DNA of 64,000 nucleotides. It comes from an uncultured Candidatus Binatia bacterium (GTDB lineage: Bacteria > Desulfobacterota > Binatia > UBA9968 > JAJDTQ01). The notes below the pieces were generated by a model. That model saw nothing but the letters and a program-made list of their open reading frames with translations, did not search any database and had not been told where the DNA came from. Made by a program: the position numbers and the translations under genes. Shown piece by piece: positions 47,355 to 57,033 of this stretch (position 1 is the stretch's first letter; the number at the start of each line of letters is the position of its first letter). Where the stretch lies: NCBI GenBank assembly GCA_965242525.1, contig OZ251459.1, positions 3,136,001 to 3,200,000 on the forward strand. The letters are read 5' to 3'.

Positions 47355-47586
47355 GGCGGAAGGAGCGCCTCGGATACTGCTGTTCGAACCGGGTACGCTC
47401 GCACAGGTAACGTGTCATGTGGTCCCGGATCTCCTGTTGCGAGGCATCCGGATACCGACGCCGAAACGATTGTTCGAACGCATCGAGCCCCTTGACGATC
47501 GATGCCTTGATCGCTTCGTCCCGTCCAGTGGATCCGGAAACGCCCGGGTCCCGACGGGTTTCCCTCTTGGGCGTGGGGCGTGCCAT
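47338..47586 (-). CDS. Small helical protein, putative partner (antitoxin) of the nucleotidyltransferase
   Basis: FRRRYPDASQQEIR motif; overlaps the NTase start; has its own promoter. Confidence 0.65.
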   Translation of the reverse strand: MARPTPKRETRRDPGVSGSTGRDEAIKASIVKGLDAFEQSFRRRYPDASQQEIRDHMTRYLCERTRFEQQYPRRSFRHGRHR

Positions 47587-47596
47587 GTATGAGGAC

Positions 47597-47625
47597 ACCA
47601 TAACCCCTCGCCAAGGCAGGGTCAA
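47597..47625 (-). promoter_or_regulatory. Putative sigma70 promoter
   Basis: TTGACC-17 nt-TATGGT, 10 nt before the ATG at 47586. Confidence 0.55.
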
Positions 47626-47636
47626 AACCGGCTTTT

Positions 47637-47771
47637 GGAACCCCTGGACAATCGAGACGTCCAGGATGGATTCCTTCGCCCTGACCCTCCTATCCCCGTT
47701 CGTCCTGAGCGTAGCGAAGCGGAGTCGAAGGACGCGCTCATGCCACCCTGTCCCGATTGTCCAGATGTTCC
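47637..47771. mobile_element. MITE-like element
   Basis: GGAACCCCTGGACAATCG...CGATTGTCCAGATGTTCC; CTTTT on both flanks. Confidence 0.8.
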
Positions 47772-47863
47772 CTTTTCCGATGTCGTGCGCCCGCCCCGCC
47801 TCGAAGGCGGCAGGCGTGCCCTGGCGACTGCGCCATCGACTCGCCTCGGCGCCCTGCCGTAGT

Positions 47864-48562
47864 TCACGGCGCAGGCAGCAACGCGGGGGGCGGGTCGTCG
47901 GGAGCGATGCACTCGGGGGAGTCGTTCCGCGGCGAGTTGACCGCGCGCGAGACGCAGTAGCCCTCCATCGAATCCGCGGGATAGGGTTTCAGGAGTTGCG
48001 AAAGGGCCTCGGGGTCGGTGTTGGCGGGGTCGAGCCACCCGGCTTCGTCCTCCGGGAGCAGGATGGCCGGCATCCTCGAGTGGACCGGCGCCATGAGGCG
48101 GTTGGGCGCAGTGGTGACGATGGTGAACGAATGGAGCGGGGCGCCGTCGGGTTGGAGCCAGCGGTCCCACAGTCCGGCGAAGGCAAAGGGTTGGCCGCTT
48201 CGGAGCGTGAACCGCATGGGTATGCGGAAACGGCCTTCCCTGCGCCATTCGTAGAAGCCGTCCGCCGGCACCAGGCAGCGCCGCCGCGGCAGCAGGCCCC
48301 GGAACGCGGCCCTTTGGGCGAGGGTCTCGGCCCGGGCGTTGATGATGCCCTTGGCGGCGTCCCTGGCGCGGCGCGGCGCGAGCCCCCAACGCATCAGCCT
48401 GAGGGAGCGGGTGCCCGGGGTTTGCGGATGGACGCCCACCACCGGCGCTTCCTGGTTGGGGGCGATGTTGTAGCGGGGCAAGAGGTCGAAACCCGGCTCC
48501 TCGATGCCGAAGCGGGCGACGAGGTCTTCGGTCTTCGCCGTCCGGGTAAACCGACCGCACAT
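47864..48562 (-). CDS. SOS response-associated peptidase (SRAP; abasic-site protein)
   Basis: MCGRF, RYNIAP, INARAET, ADGFYEW, HSRMP. Confidence 0.95.
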   Translation of the reverse strand: MCGRFTRTAKTEDLVARFGIEEPGFDLLPRYNIAPNQEAPVVGVHPQTPGTRSLRLMRWGLAPRRARDAAKGIINARAETLAQRAAFRGLLPRRRCLVPADGFYEWRREGRFRIPMRFTLRSGQPFAFAGLWDRWLQPDGAPLHSFTIVTTAPNRLMAPVHSRMPAILLPEDEAGWLDPANTDPEALSQLLKPYPADSMEGYCVSRAVNSPRNDSPECIAPDDPPPALLPAP

Positions 48563-48677
48563 GACGGCACTCTACGCCAAGGGCGCGAGAGCGGCAACGC
48601 CCGCGCCCGTACAGGGTTGATAACGTCGGCGTTAATGGCTAGTCATTGGCCAGGACATTGACCGGGAGGGTTCCACC

Positions 48678-49844
48678 GTGATCATCGACTGCGACACCCA
48701 CATCATGCCCGAAGACGCCTTCGACCACCTGCCCGAAGAGTTCCGCGGCAAGGCGCCCATTCCCCGGTACGGCGACACGGGCCTGCTCGTGGACATCGAC
48801 TTTCCGGGCGGCCCTCCCGAGGTGCCCGGCGTCACGCCGCTGGGGCCGCCGGGGTCCGGGGCGAGCATGAAGGGCCTGGTGGACCTGCAGGTGCGGCTGG
48901 ACGACCTTCCGGTGCTGGGTGTGGACCGCCAGTTCGTGCTGCCGCAGTTCTCCGGCTGGTGGACCTACATGATCGAGCCGGCCCTGGCCTCGGCCATCGC
49001 ACGGTCCTACAACCTCTCGAACCTGCGGTTGATGGAGCGTTGCGGCGACCGGATCATCGGCGTGGCGCTGGCGCCGCTCCAGGACGTCCCCGCGGCCATC
49101 CGGGAAATGGAATGGGCGCAAAAGGAGGGGTTCTGCGCGGTGGTGCTCGACAAGGTCTTCCCGGTCCGGGACCATCCCTACGGCGAGAGCCTAGGCAGCC
49201 ACAAGGAGCTGTGGCCGTTCTTCGGCCGGGCGGAGGAGCTCGGCATGCCCATCTACCTCCACAACATCCAGCACGGCCACCGCATCAGCAACCTGCCCAA
49301 CTTCCAGAAGGACGGCCTCTACTTCTTCGCGCCCCAGGAGGGGCAGGTGAGCCTCGTGTCCCTCGTCACCAGCGGGTTGCTGGACGACTTCCCCGGCCTG
49401 CAAGTCATCTTCACCGAGGCCGGCACGGGCTTCATCAAGCCGCTGGTGGAGCGGCTGGACGCGGCCTTCGGCGGTCCGCCCGTGGACTACGACGCGGACG
49501 CCGACTCCGACGTCATGCGGAAGGTGAACACCAAGCTGCGGCGGCACCGGGCGCGTTTCGGACCCGAAGTGTTCCTGGAGAAGAACCGGCATCCGGCGAG
49601 CCACTACTTCCGCAAGAACTTCTACTTCACCATCGAGACCGAGGAGGCCGCGCTGCCCGAGGCCATCGAGTTCCTGGGACCCGAACGCTTCCTGTTCGCC
49701 ACCGACTACCCCCACGACGACCCGGGCGGCAGCATGAAGTTCCGGGACGCGCAACTGCTGGCCGTCAACCGCGACATCCCCGAGGCCCACAAGGAACTCA
49801 TCCGCCACGGCAACGCCACACGCCTGTTCCGTCTCGATAGCTGA
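48678..49844 (+). CDS. Amidohydrolase_2 family protein
   Basis: IIDCDTH, PIYLH, FTEAG, FATDYPH. Confidence 0.88.
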   Translation: MIIDCDTHIMPEDAFDHLPEEFRGKAPIPRYGDTGLLVDIDFPGGPPEVPGVTPLGPPGSGASMKGLVDLQVRLDDLPVLGVDRQFVLPQFSGWWTYMIEPALASAIARSYNLSNLRLMERCGDRIIGVALAPLQDVPAAIREMEWAQKEGFCAVVLDKVFPVRDHPYGESLGSHKELWPFFGRAEELGMPIYLHNIQHGHRISNLPNFQKDGLYFFAPQEGQVSLVSLVTSGLLDDFPGLQVIFTEAGTGFIKPLVERLDAAFGGPPVDYDADADSDVMRKVNTKLRRHRARFGPEVFLEKNRHPASHYFRKNFYFTIETEEAALPEAIEFLGPERFLFATDYPHDDPGGSMKFRDAQLLAVNRDIPEAHKELIRHGNATRLFRLDS

Positions 49845-49977
49845 AGCCGCTGCGGCGCCGAAGATAGGCGTCACCGGACTACCGAGACGGGAACCGCTTT
49901 GCTGCGCTCGGGACGAACGGGGATGGTTACACGGGCTTCCGGAAAGGGAGCCGGAAAACGAATCGGGGGACCGGGGG

Positions 49978-52900
49978 TCAGAGGGAGACCTTTCGCTGCT
50001 TGCGGGAGAACTCCGCTTCGGCGCCGGTTTCGTGCAAACGGCTCCGCACGTTGCCCAGCGGACCGATTGCGGCGGGGGCGCCGTTGCGATAGGCGATGGA
50101 CTGGCGCGAGTGCAGCGGCACGCGCGGGCCGGGCGTCAGGACCCCGACCAGGTTCAGGGGGTCGGTGCAGGAGACCGTTACCGGCTCCTCGTCGGGGGCC
50201 AGACGCCGCACCTCGCGCATGGCCTCCACCGCCTCGGGCAGCGCGTATTGCTCGCCCACGAAGCCGCTCACGAAACGGCCTCCGCGGATCTCGCCCCGGG
50301 CCTCCAACCGGCGGTATGCCTGCAACAGCAGACGCCAGGGGGGGCAACGGGTCTCGCGGGTGAGCAGTTCGCGGAAGACCACGCCGTAACGTTGCAGCAG
50401 TTGCCGCGCCATGGTCTCCGGCGCGGCGTCCGGGGCGCGGGGAGCTTCGTTTCGCCACAGCGACCAGCGCCCCACGGGCATGGCTTGGCTCGCTGCGCCC
50501 TTGCGGCCGTGCTGCTTTCGCTTGAGGTCGGGGGCGAGCAGCAGGCGCAGTCCGGCGATGCCGTCTCCGGTCACCTGCCCGCGGGTGACCAGTTCCCAGA
50601 GCGCCCGTTCGGTGCGGACCGTGAGGCGACCGGCGCCCCGGGCGATGTCCGCAAGGAAAGAGGCTCCGTGGACCTCCAGGTAGGCGGCTACGTCGCGCGC
50701 CGCGGCCGAAAGTCCCCGGATCTCGCGCCAGGGGAGGGAGTCCGGGTCGAGGAAGTTCGGCAGGTCCTCACGGATCACGAAGGCCAGCGGCGCGGAGCGG
50801 GTGGGCGCGGTCCGGCGGGTTCGTCCGGGGGCCGGACCGAAGGATTGCGGCGCGCCGTCCCAGAGTTTGGGCGCGTCGTCCTCCGGCGCGCCGGTGTCGC
50901 GTCTCAGGCGTCCCCAGGCCACCACGCCGGCAAGGCAGAGGTGCTCCAGCTCCGCGGGGTCGTAGTCGGCTACCCGTGCGGGCAGGACGTGCTGTTCCCA
51001 GGCGGGGGCCGGCAGTTCCAGTCCCTGGAGTTGCCGGACCACCTGGTGGATGCCGTCGCGGCCGTGGAGTTGCGATCCCGGCTGCACGTGTTGCCAGCGC
51101 AGCAGGAACCGCAGGAAGTCCGCGGCCGATACGGGATCGATCTCGCGCCGCAGTTGACCCAGGGTGAGACGGTGTATGCGCGCCAGCAGCCGGCGTTCGC
51201 ACCATTCCGTGGGCCGGTCCGGTCCGGAGCCGGGCGAGAAGCGCCCCTGCAGGACCGTCCCGGAGACTTCCAGCGCGGTCAGGCCGCGCCCGACGGACTC
51301 CGGGGCAAGGCCGATGCGCGCGGCGAGACCGTCCGCGGTGACGGGGCCGAGGATCTCCATCCAGCCTTGCAGGGTGCGCCGGAGGGCGTCCTCCCCGGAG
51401 GCTTCCGCGGCAGGGTCTTCCGCGCCGGGGGCGGCGATGGCCGGGGCAATGGCCGGCTCCATGCGGAGTTCCCCCAGCACCGCACGGGCCTCCGCCAAGC
51501 GCTCCGCGGCCACGTAGAACGCGCCGCCGTCCTCACCCACCGGCTGCGCTCCGGAGGTGGTGCATGGGGAGGATGGCGCCGTGTCAGGGGAAAACCCGCC
51601 GCCGCCCTCCCCCGCACGCTGCGCCCCGGGGGGCGTCCGCGGGGAGGATGGCGCCGTGCCAGGGTAGGACCCGCCGCGGTCCTCGCCCACCGGCTGCGCC
51701 GCCGCGGCCCGCCCCGCCTCCATGAGTTCGTGGGCGAACCGCTGCCATGCTTCGGCTTCCCGCACCGGCAGGAGGATGACGCTGAGCAGGAGGTCGTGGA
51801 GCTCGTCCGCGTCGCGGATGTCCGGCCACGCCTGCCCCTTCACCTCGGCCAGGGCTTCGGGACTCAACGCGCCGATGCCCTGGGCCAGGTCCGGGTCCGT
51901 CCGCCGCAGCGCCACCGCCCGGGCGCGCCGTTCCTCCAGGGGAGCGTCGTCGAGGAACGCGTAAGGGTTGGCGTTGAGGATCTCGTGGGCCATGGGCGAG
52001 GGCGCGGGGGTCTCCACCGCCGCGGTCTCGATCTTCCCCTGTTCCAGGAGCGCCAGCGTCTCCTTGAGGCCGTCCACGTCCATGGCCTCGCGCAGGCAGT
52101 TCTCCATGGTCTCCCTGGTCAGGGGATGGTCCGGCAGGCTCACGGGGCCGCCGCGGTTGTCCCGGCACATCACCTGGTCCGGGAACACCGCCCCCAGGAG
52201 GTCTTCCGCGCGCATGCGCTGGATCATCATGGGGACCTTCCGGCCGCGGCTGAACCGTTCCACCGCCAGCGCCCGGCTCGCGTTCCAGCGCCAGCGGTTG
52301 GTGAACATGGGCGTGGCCAGGGCCGCCTGGGTCAGGTCCTGCTCCACCGTTGCCGGGCGCAGGTAGGAGAAGACCGTGTCCAGGGGGAAGGAGTGGCGGT
52401 CGGTCAGGGAGATCACGATGCCGTCGTCCGTGGCCGCGGCCTGCAGCTCGAAATCGAAGTTGACGCAGAACCGCTTGCGCAGGGCCAGCCCCCAGGCCCG
52501 GTTGATGCGGCTCCCGAAGGGCGTGTGCAGCACGAGCTGCATGCCCCCGGACTCGTCGAAGAAGCGCTCGGCCACCACCCGCTCCACCGACGGCACGCAC
52601 CCGAGGGCCGCCAGGGTCTCGCCCACGTACGCGGCGACCTGGTCGGCGCCGGCCCGTCCCACCCCGGTCTCTTCCCGCAGCCAGCGGCGCGCCCCTTCTC
52701 CGTCCGCGGCGCGCCGGGCCACGTTCTCCCGCACCGCGGACACCGCCCGGGAGAGTTCCCGGCTGCGCCCCGGCGACTCTCCCAACCAGAACGGCAGGGT
52801 GGGCGGCGCCCCGTGGGCGTCCTCCACCCACACCTTGCCCGAGGCCACCCGCTGGATCCGCCACGAGGTGTTGCCCAGCAGGAAGATGTCGCCGGCCAGG

Positions 52901-54531
52901 CTCTCGACGGCGAAGTCCTCGTTGACCTTGCCCACGAAGGTCTCGGTGGGCGACTCCACCACGTCGTAGTCCGCGGTGTCGGGGATGGCCCCGCCGTTGG
53001 TCATGGAGACGAGCCGGGCGCCCCGGCGCGCCCGGAGCATGCCGTTCACCCGGTCCCGGTGGAGGTGCGCGCCCCGCCGGCCCCGGGCCGGCGCCACGCC
53101 CTCGCACAGCATGTGCAGCACCTGCTCGAAGTCGCGCCGGGGCAGGTCCCGGAAAGGGTACGCGCTCCGCACCAGCTCCCAGAGGTCTTCCTCCCGGATG
53201 CCCGCCGGCGGCTCCTGTTCCGGCAGCAGCGGCAGGGTCTCGCCGGGCTTGCGCACGGGCGTGAGGCTGGCCACCGTCGCCGCCATCTGCTGGGCGAGCA
53301 CGTCCAGCGGCCGGCGCACCAGGTCGATGCGGTCCAGGTCGCCCCGGCGCACCGCGTACACCGCGGCGGCGCACTGGAGCAGGTCGTCCCGGGTCAGCGG
53401 GTACAGGATCCCCTTGGGGGTCGCGCCGAGCCAGTGCCCCGAACGCCCGACCCGCTGGAGCAGCCCGGCGATGGAGCGCGGCGCGCCCACGTGGCACACC
53501 AGTTCCACGTGCCCGACGTCGATGCCCAGCTCCAGGGACGCGGTGGCCACCACCACCGGCGCTTCCGCGGCCTTGAGCTTCTGTTCGGCCTCCAGCCGCG
53601 TCTTGCGCGACAGGCTGCCGTGGTGGGCCAGCACCTTGCCTTCCCCCAGCCGGTCGGTGAGCTGGTGCGCCACCCGTTCCACCAGCCGGCGCGTGTGCAC
53701 GAACACCAGGGTGGTTCGGTGGGTGCGGATCTGTTCCGTGATGCGGTCATAGACCTCGGCCCACAGGGCATGGGAGGTGATGGGTCCCAGTTCCTGGTCC
53801 GGCACGTCGATGGAAAGGTCGATCTCCCGCTTGTGCCCCACGTCCACGATGGCGCATCGGGGCGTTTCGTCCCGCCCCAGCCTCCGGGACCCCACCAGCA
53901 GGCGGGCGATGTCGTCCATGGGCTTCTGGGTGGCGCTCAGCCCGATCCGTTGCAGGGGGCTCCCCGCCAGCGCGTCCAGCCGTTCCAGGGAGAGCGCGAG
54001 ATGGGCCCCCCGCTTGTCTCCGGCCACCGCGTGGATCTCGTCCACGATGACGGTGTGGGCGCGCTCGAGCATCTGTCGGCTGCGCTCGGCCGTGAGCAGG
54101 ATGTAGAGGGATTCCGGCGTGGTGATGAGTATGTGCGGGGGCCGGGAGATCATGCGCTGCCGCTCCGCCGCGGGGGTGTCGCCGGAGCGCACCGCGGTGC
54201 GGATGTCCGGCAGCGGAAGCCGTTCGCGCCGGCCCGCGCGGGTGATCTCTGCCAGGGGTTCCTGCAGGTTCTTCTGGATGTCGTTGCCCAGGGCCTTCAA
54301 CGGCGACACATAGACCACGCGGGTGTGGTCATGGGACTCTTCGGCGTGGGTGACGAGCCGGTCGATGGACCACAGGAAGGCCGCCAGGGTCTTCCCCGAG
54401 CCGGTGGGCGCCGCGATGAGCGTGTCCCGGCCCCGGGCGATCTCCTTCCAGCCGGCGGCCTGGGGCGGAGTGGGCCGGCCGAAGCGGGCCCGGAACCAGT
54501 CGCGCACCAGGGGATGAAATTTGTCGATCAC
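49978..54531 (-). CDS. lhr: Lhr-family DEAD/DEAH helicase with C-terminal wHTH/AlkZ-like region
   Basis: APTGSGKT, SPLKAL, DEIH, LSAT, HHGSLS, ELGID, QRVGRSGH, EIRGGRFV. Start taken at GTG 54531. Confidence 0.9.
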   Translation of the reverse strand: MIDKFHPLVRDWFRARFGRPTPPQAAGWKEIARGRDTLIAAPTGSGKTLAAFLWSIDRLVTHAEESHDHTRVVYVSPLKALGNDIQKNLQEPLAEITRAGRRERLPLPDIRTAVRSGDTPAAERQRMISRPPHILITTPESLYILLTAERSRQMLERAHTVIVDEIHAVAGDKRGAHLALSLERLDALAGSPLQRIGLSATQKPMDDIARLLVGSRRLGRDETPRCAIVDVGHKREIDLSIDVPDQELGPITSHALWAEVYDRITEQIRTHRTTLVFVHTRRLVERVAHQLTDRLGEGKVLAHHGSLSRKTRLEAEQKLKAAEAPVVVATASLELGIDVGHVELVCHVGAPRSIAGLLQRVGRSGHWLGATPKGILYPLTRDDLLQCAAAVYAVRRGDLDRIDLVRRPLDVLAQQMAATVASLTPVRKPGETLPLLPEQEPPAGIREEDLWELVRSAYPFRDLPRRDFEQVLHMLCEGVAPARGRRGAHLHRDRVNGMLRARRGARLVSMTNGGAIPDTADYDVVESPTETFVGKVNEDFAVESLAGDIFLLGNTSWRIQRVASGKVWVEDAHGAPPTLPFWLGESPGRSRELSRAVSAVRENVARRAADGEGARRWLREETGVGRAGADQVAAYVGETLAALGCVPSVERVVAERFFDESGGMQLVLHTPFGSRINRAWGLALRKRFCVNFDFELQAAATDDGIVISLTDRHSFPLDTVFSYLRPATVEQDLTQAALATPMFTNRWRWNASRALAVERFSRGRKVPMMIQRMRAEDLLGAVFPDQVMCRDNRGGPVSLPDHPLTRETMENCLREAMDVDGLKETLALLEQGKIETAAVETPAPSPMAHEILNANPYAFLDDAPLEERRARAVALRRTDPDLAQGIGALSPEALAEVKGQAWPDIRDADELHDLLLSVILLPVREAEAWQRFAHELMEAGRAAAAQPVGEDRGGSYPGTAPSSPRTPPGAQRAGEGGGGFSPDTAPSSPCTTSGAQPVGEDGGAFYVAAERLAEARAVLGELRMEPAIAPAIAAPGAEDPAAEASGEDALRRTLQGWMEILGPVTADGLAARIGLAPESVGRGLTALEVSGTVLQGRFSPGSGPDRPTEWCERRLLARIHRLTLGQLRREIDPVSAADFLRFLLRWQHVQPGSQLHGRDGIHQVVRQLQGLELPAPAWEQHVLPARVADYDPAELEHLCLAGVVAWGRLRRDTGAPEDDAPKLWDGAPQSFGPAPGRTRRTAPTRSAPLAFVIREDLPNFLDPDSLPWREIRGLSAAARDVAAYLEVHGASFLADIARGAGRLTVRTERALWELVTRGQVTGDGIAGLRLLLAPDLKRKQHGRKGAASQAMPVGRWSLWRNEAPRAPDAAPETMARQLLQRYGVVFRELLTRETRCPPWRLLLQAYRRLEARGEIRGGRFVSGFVGEQYALPEAVEAMREVRRLAPDEEPVTVSCTDPLNLVGVLTPGPRVPLHSRQSIAYRNGAPAAIGPLGNVRSRLHETGAEAEFSRKQRKVSL
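51523..51700. repeat. In-frame 75-bp tandem repeat (about 2.3 copies) inside lhr
   Basis: AQPVGEDRGGSYPGTAPSSPRTPPG / AQRAGEGGGGFSPDTAPSSPCTTSG / AQPVGEDGG. Confidence 0.85.
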
Positions 54532-54598
54532 TGGGGTAATCGTTCTCGTGGATGCCGAAAACGAGTTTAGCGGAATCGGGTGCCGCGTGCCATTGACG

Positions 54599-55186
54599 AT
54601 GCCGTCGTCGGGCACGGGCGTGGCGGTGTCGTTCACGCCCCAGATGGAGAAGCGCCTCACGCAGCGCGCGGTGCGGATGCTCAAACAGTCGTTGCGGCAG
54701 TTTCCCGAGTTGCGGAACCTGGAGGTCCGCATCGGCCACACCAGCGCCAAGCTGGGGGTCGCGTTCGTCCCCAGGCGGCTCCGGCTCCCGCTGTACATCC
54801 GGCTGAGGGTGCGGGGCCTGACCTACAACACCATCGGCCACGAGCTCACGCACCTGCTGCAGGGGCTGACCAGGCTGCCGCCTCCCCCGGGCGCGCCCGC
54901 GTGGACGCCGCTCCCCCACGGTGAGACCCAGTGCGACATATGGACCCTCGCCCGGAGCGAGCTCTTCTGCGACGACCCGCCCACCTACCTGCGCCTGCCC
55001 CGGTCCGTGCGCGAGGACTGGCGCCGCTACGCGCGCCGGGTGCGCTCCCTGTGCATCGAGGCCATCGGCCAACGTCCCCGCAACCGCACCTACATCCGCT
55101 GGCTCGAATCGCGGATCGCCGAGTTGCCCGACCGCCTGCCGCCCCTCCGGCCGAACCCCCCGCAGCAGTTGTCCCTGCGGCTCTAG
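54599..55186 (+). CDS. Hypothetical basic protein with HExxH zincin motif
   Basis: IGHELTHLLQ...GETQCD; start position uncertain. Confidence 0.7.
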   Translation: MPSSGTGVAVSFTPQMEKRLTQRAVRMLKQSLRQFPELRNLEVRIGHTSAKLGVAFVPRRLRLPLYIRLRVRGLTYNTIGHELTHLLQGLTRLPPPPGAPAWTPLPHGETQCDIWTLARSELFCDDPPTYLRLPRSVREDWRRYARRVRSLCIEAIGQRPRNRTYIRWLESRIAELPDRLPPLRPNPPQQLSLRL

Positions 55187-55226
55187 CCGCGTGAACCTGC
55201 CTCTCTGCCCTGTCGTGCAACGCTCT

Positions 55227-55275
55227 CCGTTCATCCTGAGCGTAGCGAAGCGAAGTCGAAGGACGCGCTTTCCCA
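55227..55275 (+). repeat. REP-like core between convergent genes
   Basis: CCGTTCATCCTGAGCGTAGCGAAGCGAAGTCGAAGGACGCGC. Confidence 0.85.
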
Positions 55276-55291
55276 GAGGAGAGGGAGGGTG

Positions 55292-56242
55292 CTAGCGATC
55301 CGTCGCCCCCGAGTCCCCGCTGCTCCGAGTCAACCCGCGGACCGCGGTCCGGTGGTAGGAAGGGTCGATGTATTTGTCGGGCGGAGGCGCGGGAGAGGTC
55401 AGGAACCCCATGCCGGCCCTGAGGTCCAGCGCCGCGGCAATGCCCGGGACGTTCAGTTCGGCGTGGGGGTAGAGGCCGTGCCGGGGGTCCAGCAGCGAGT
55501 CCAGGGTCTCCTCCCCCGCAGCCCCGGCAAGCCCGTCGTGCCGGGCCAGGAGGTCGAGGCAACGCTGCCGGTTCGCCGGTGCGAAGCACCACTCGGTCGC
55601 CGCCGCGTAGCAACGGATGTAGTCCACCAGTTGCGTCCGGTGCTCCGCGGCCCAGGAACGCTTGGCCAGACCCACCGTCGCCTGGTACACCGGGACCATC
55701 TCCTCGCCCCGGGCGATGACGTGGCAACCCCGTTCCAGGGCGGCGCCGACGAACGGCTGCGTGAGCAGCGTGGCGTAGAGCCTGCCCTCCACCAGGGTCC
55801 GGTAGCGGCTCTCCCAGCCCCCCACCTCCACCAACTCGTAGTCGTCCGGGCCGAAGCCGTGGTCGCGCAACGCCTTCTCCAGGATGAAGACGAACCCGCT
55901 GTCGCGCGCGTCCACCGCCAGCGGCTTGCCCCGCAGGGACGCCATGGTGGGACACCCGGGCGCGCCCACGAGGCTCAAGAGGCCGCTGTGGAGGCCCATG
56001 AAGGCGAACACGTCCGAACCGGCCTGGTTCTCCACGTCGGCCACCACGTCGTCGGCCGCGGCGTGGCCGATGGCGCAGCGCCCCGTGCGCACCGCTTCCA
56101 TCAGGTAAGCGGAGCCCGGCGTGTACTCGACCTCCACGTGGAGACCGGCCGCGGCGAAAGTCCCGTTCTCCATGGCCGCATGCACCGGCAGGTTGTAGGC
56201 GGCGCGGAACTGGATGAGCCGGATGAGGGTCGGGGAAGCCAT
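55292..56242 (-). CDS. ABC substrate-binding protein (NMT1/SsuA-like), orphan
   Basis: NLPVHAAMENGTFAAAGL, LRGKPLAVDA...SG. No signal peptide and no adjacent permease. Confidence 0.75.
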   Translation of the reverse strand: MASPTLIRLIQFRAAYNLPVHAAMENGTFAAAGLHVEVEYTPGSAYLMEAVRTGRCAIGHAAADDVVADVENQAGSDVFAFMGLHSGLLSLVGAPGCPTMASLRGKPLAVDARDSGFVFILEKALRDHGFGPDDYELVEVGGWESRYRTLVEGRLYATLLTQPFVGAALERGCHVIARGEEMVPVYQATVGLAKRSWAAEHRTQLVDYIRCYAAATEWCFAPANRQRCLDLLARHDGLAGAAGEETLDSLLDPRHGLYPHAELNVPGIAAALDLRAGMGFLTSPAPPPDKYIDPSYHRTAVRGLTRSSGDSGATDR

Positions 56243-56413
56243 GAGCGTTACCGCTGTAAAACACATGCGCCTTGCAGGAGGCAAGGGCAACGGCGCCTTG
56301 AGGCGGCGGCGCCAGCGGGTCGACAGGGGGCCGCGGGATCGGGTAGATACCATCACACTCTCCGGCGGCGTCTTGCCCACCCGGGAAGCGCGCCGCGCCG
56401 AGGGGGAACGACC

Positions 56414-56926
56414 ATGAAGACGGACCACCGGTTGCGGACTGCGCTTCGGCCCCTGCTCACTGCCATGGCGGGCGCATTCGCGGTTGCCGCGCTCACTGGC
56501 TGCTTCGACCCGGGGTTCGATTGCTGGACCAGGGAACGGTACGACCGGATTGCCCGGAGTGCGCCCCCCCTCGAAGGCGTGAGGGAGGGCGTCTTCCCCG
56601 GCGAGGTGGTGACCGAGGACCCCGGGAACTGGTGGACCAACGCCCGCTTCACGGGCCGTTCCTGTTGGACGAAGATCGAAGTGCGGGACGGCGCGGTGTA
56701 CGCGACCGTGAGCCTCCTGGAAGAACCCGTCAAGCTCGATGTGCCCATGAGTTCGCAGGATTTCTACATGGGCCGTGCGGGGCCGGACCGGATGCTGGTG
56801 GTGCAGCAGGTACCGGGCGGCGTGTCCGCGACCCTCACGGAGTTCGAGCCGACGGGCGAACTCCGCTACGGCGCGTGCGGACGCCGGGGAGGCTGGTACC
56901 GCGAATGCCACCCGCCGCCGAGGTAG
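56414..56926 (+). CDS. Putative lipoprotein
   Basis: Signal peptide with lipobox LTGC; GGGGGA RBS. Confidence 0.7.
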   Translation: MKTDHRLRTALRPLLTAMAGAFAVAALTGCFDPGFDCWTRERYDRIARSAPPLEGVREGVFPGEVVTEDPGNWWTNARFTGRSCWTKIEVRDGAVYATVSLLEEPVKLDVPMSSQDFYMGRAGPDRMLVVQQVPGGVSATLTEFEPTGELRYGACGRRGGWYRECHPPPR

Positions 56927-57033
56927 AGGACGTCTTTCGGATTACACCGTGACGTGTACACAAAGACGGTGCACGTCGGAGGGAAAGCTTCCCGGTCGGG
57001 GAAGTACGGGGGCAGAACAGGGGGGAAGACCTT

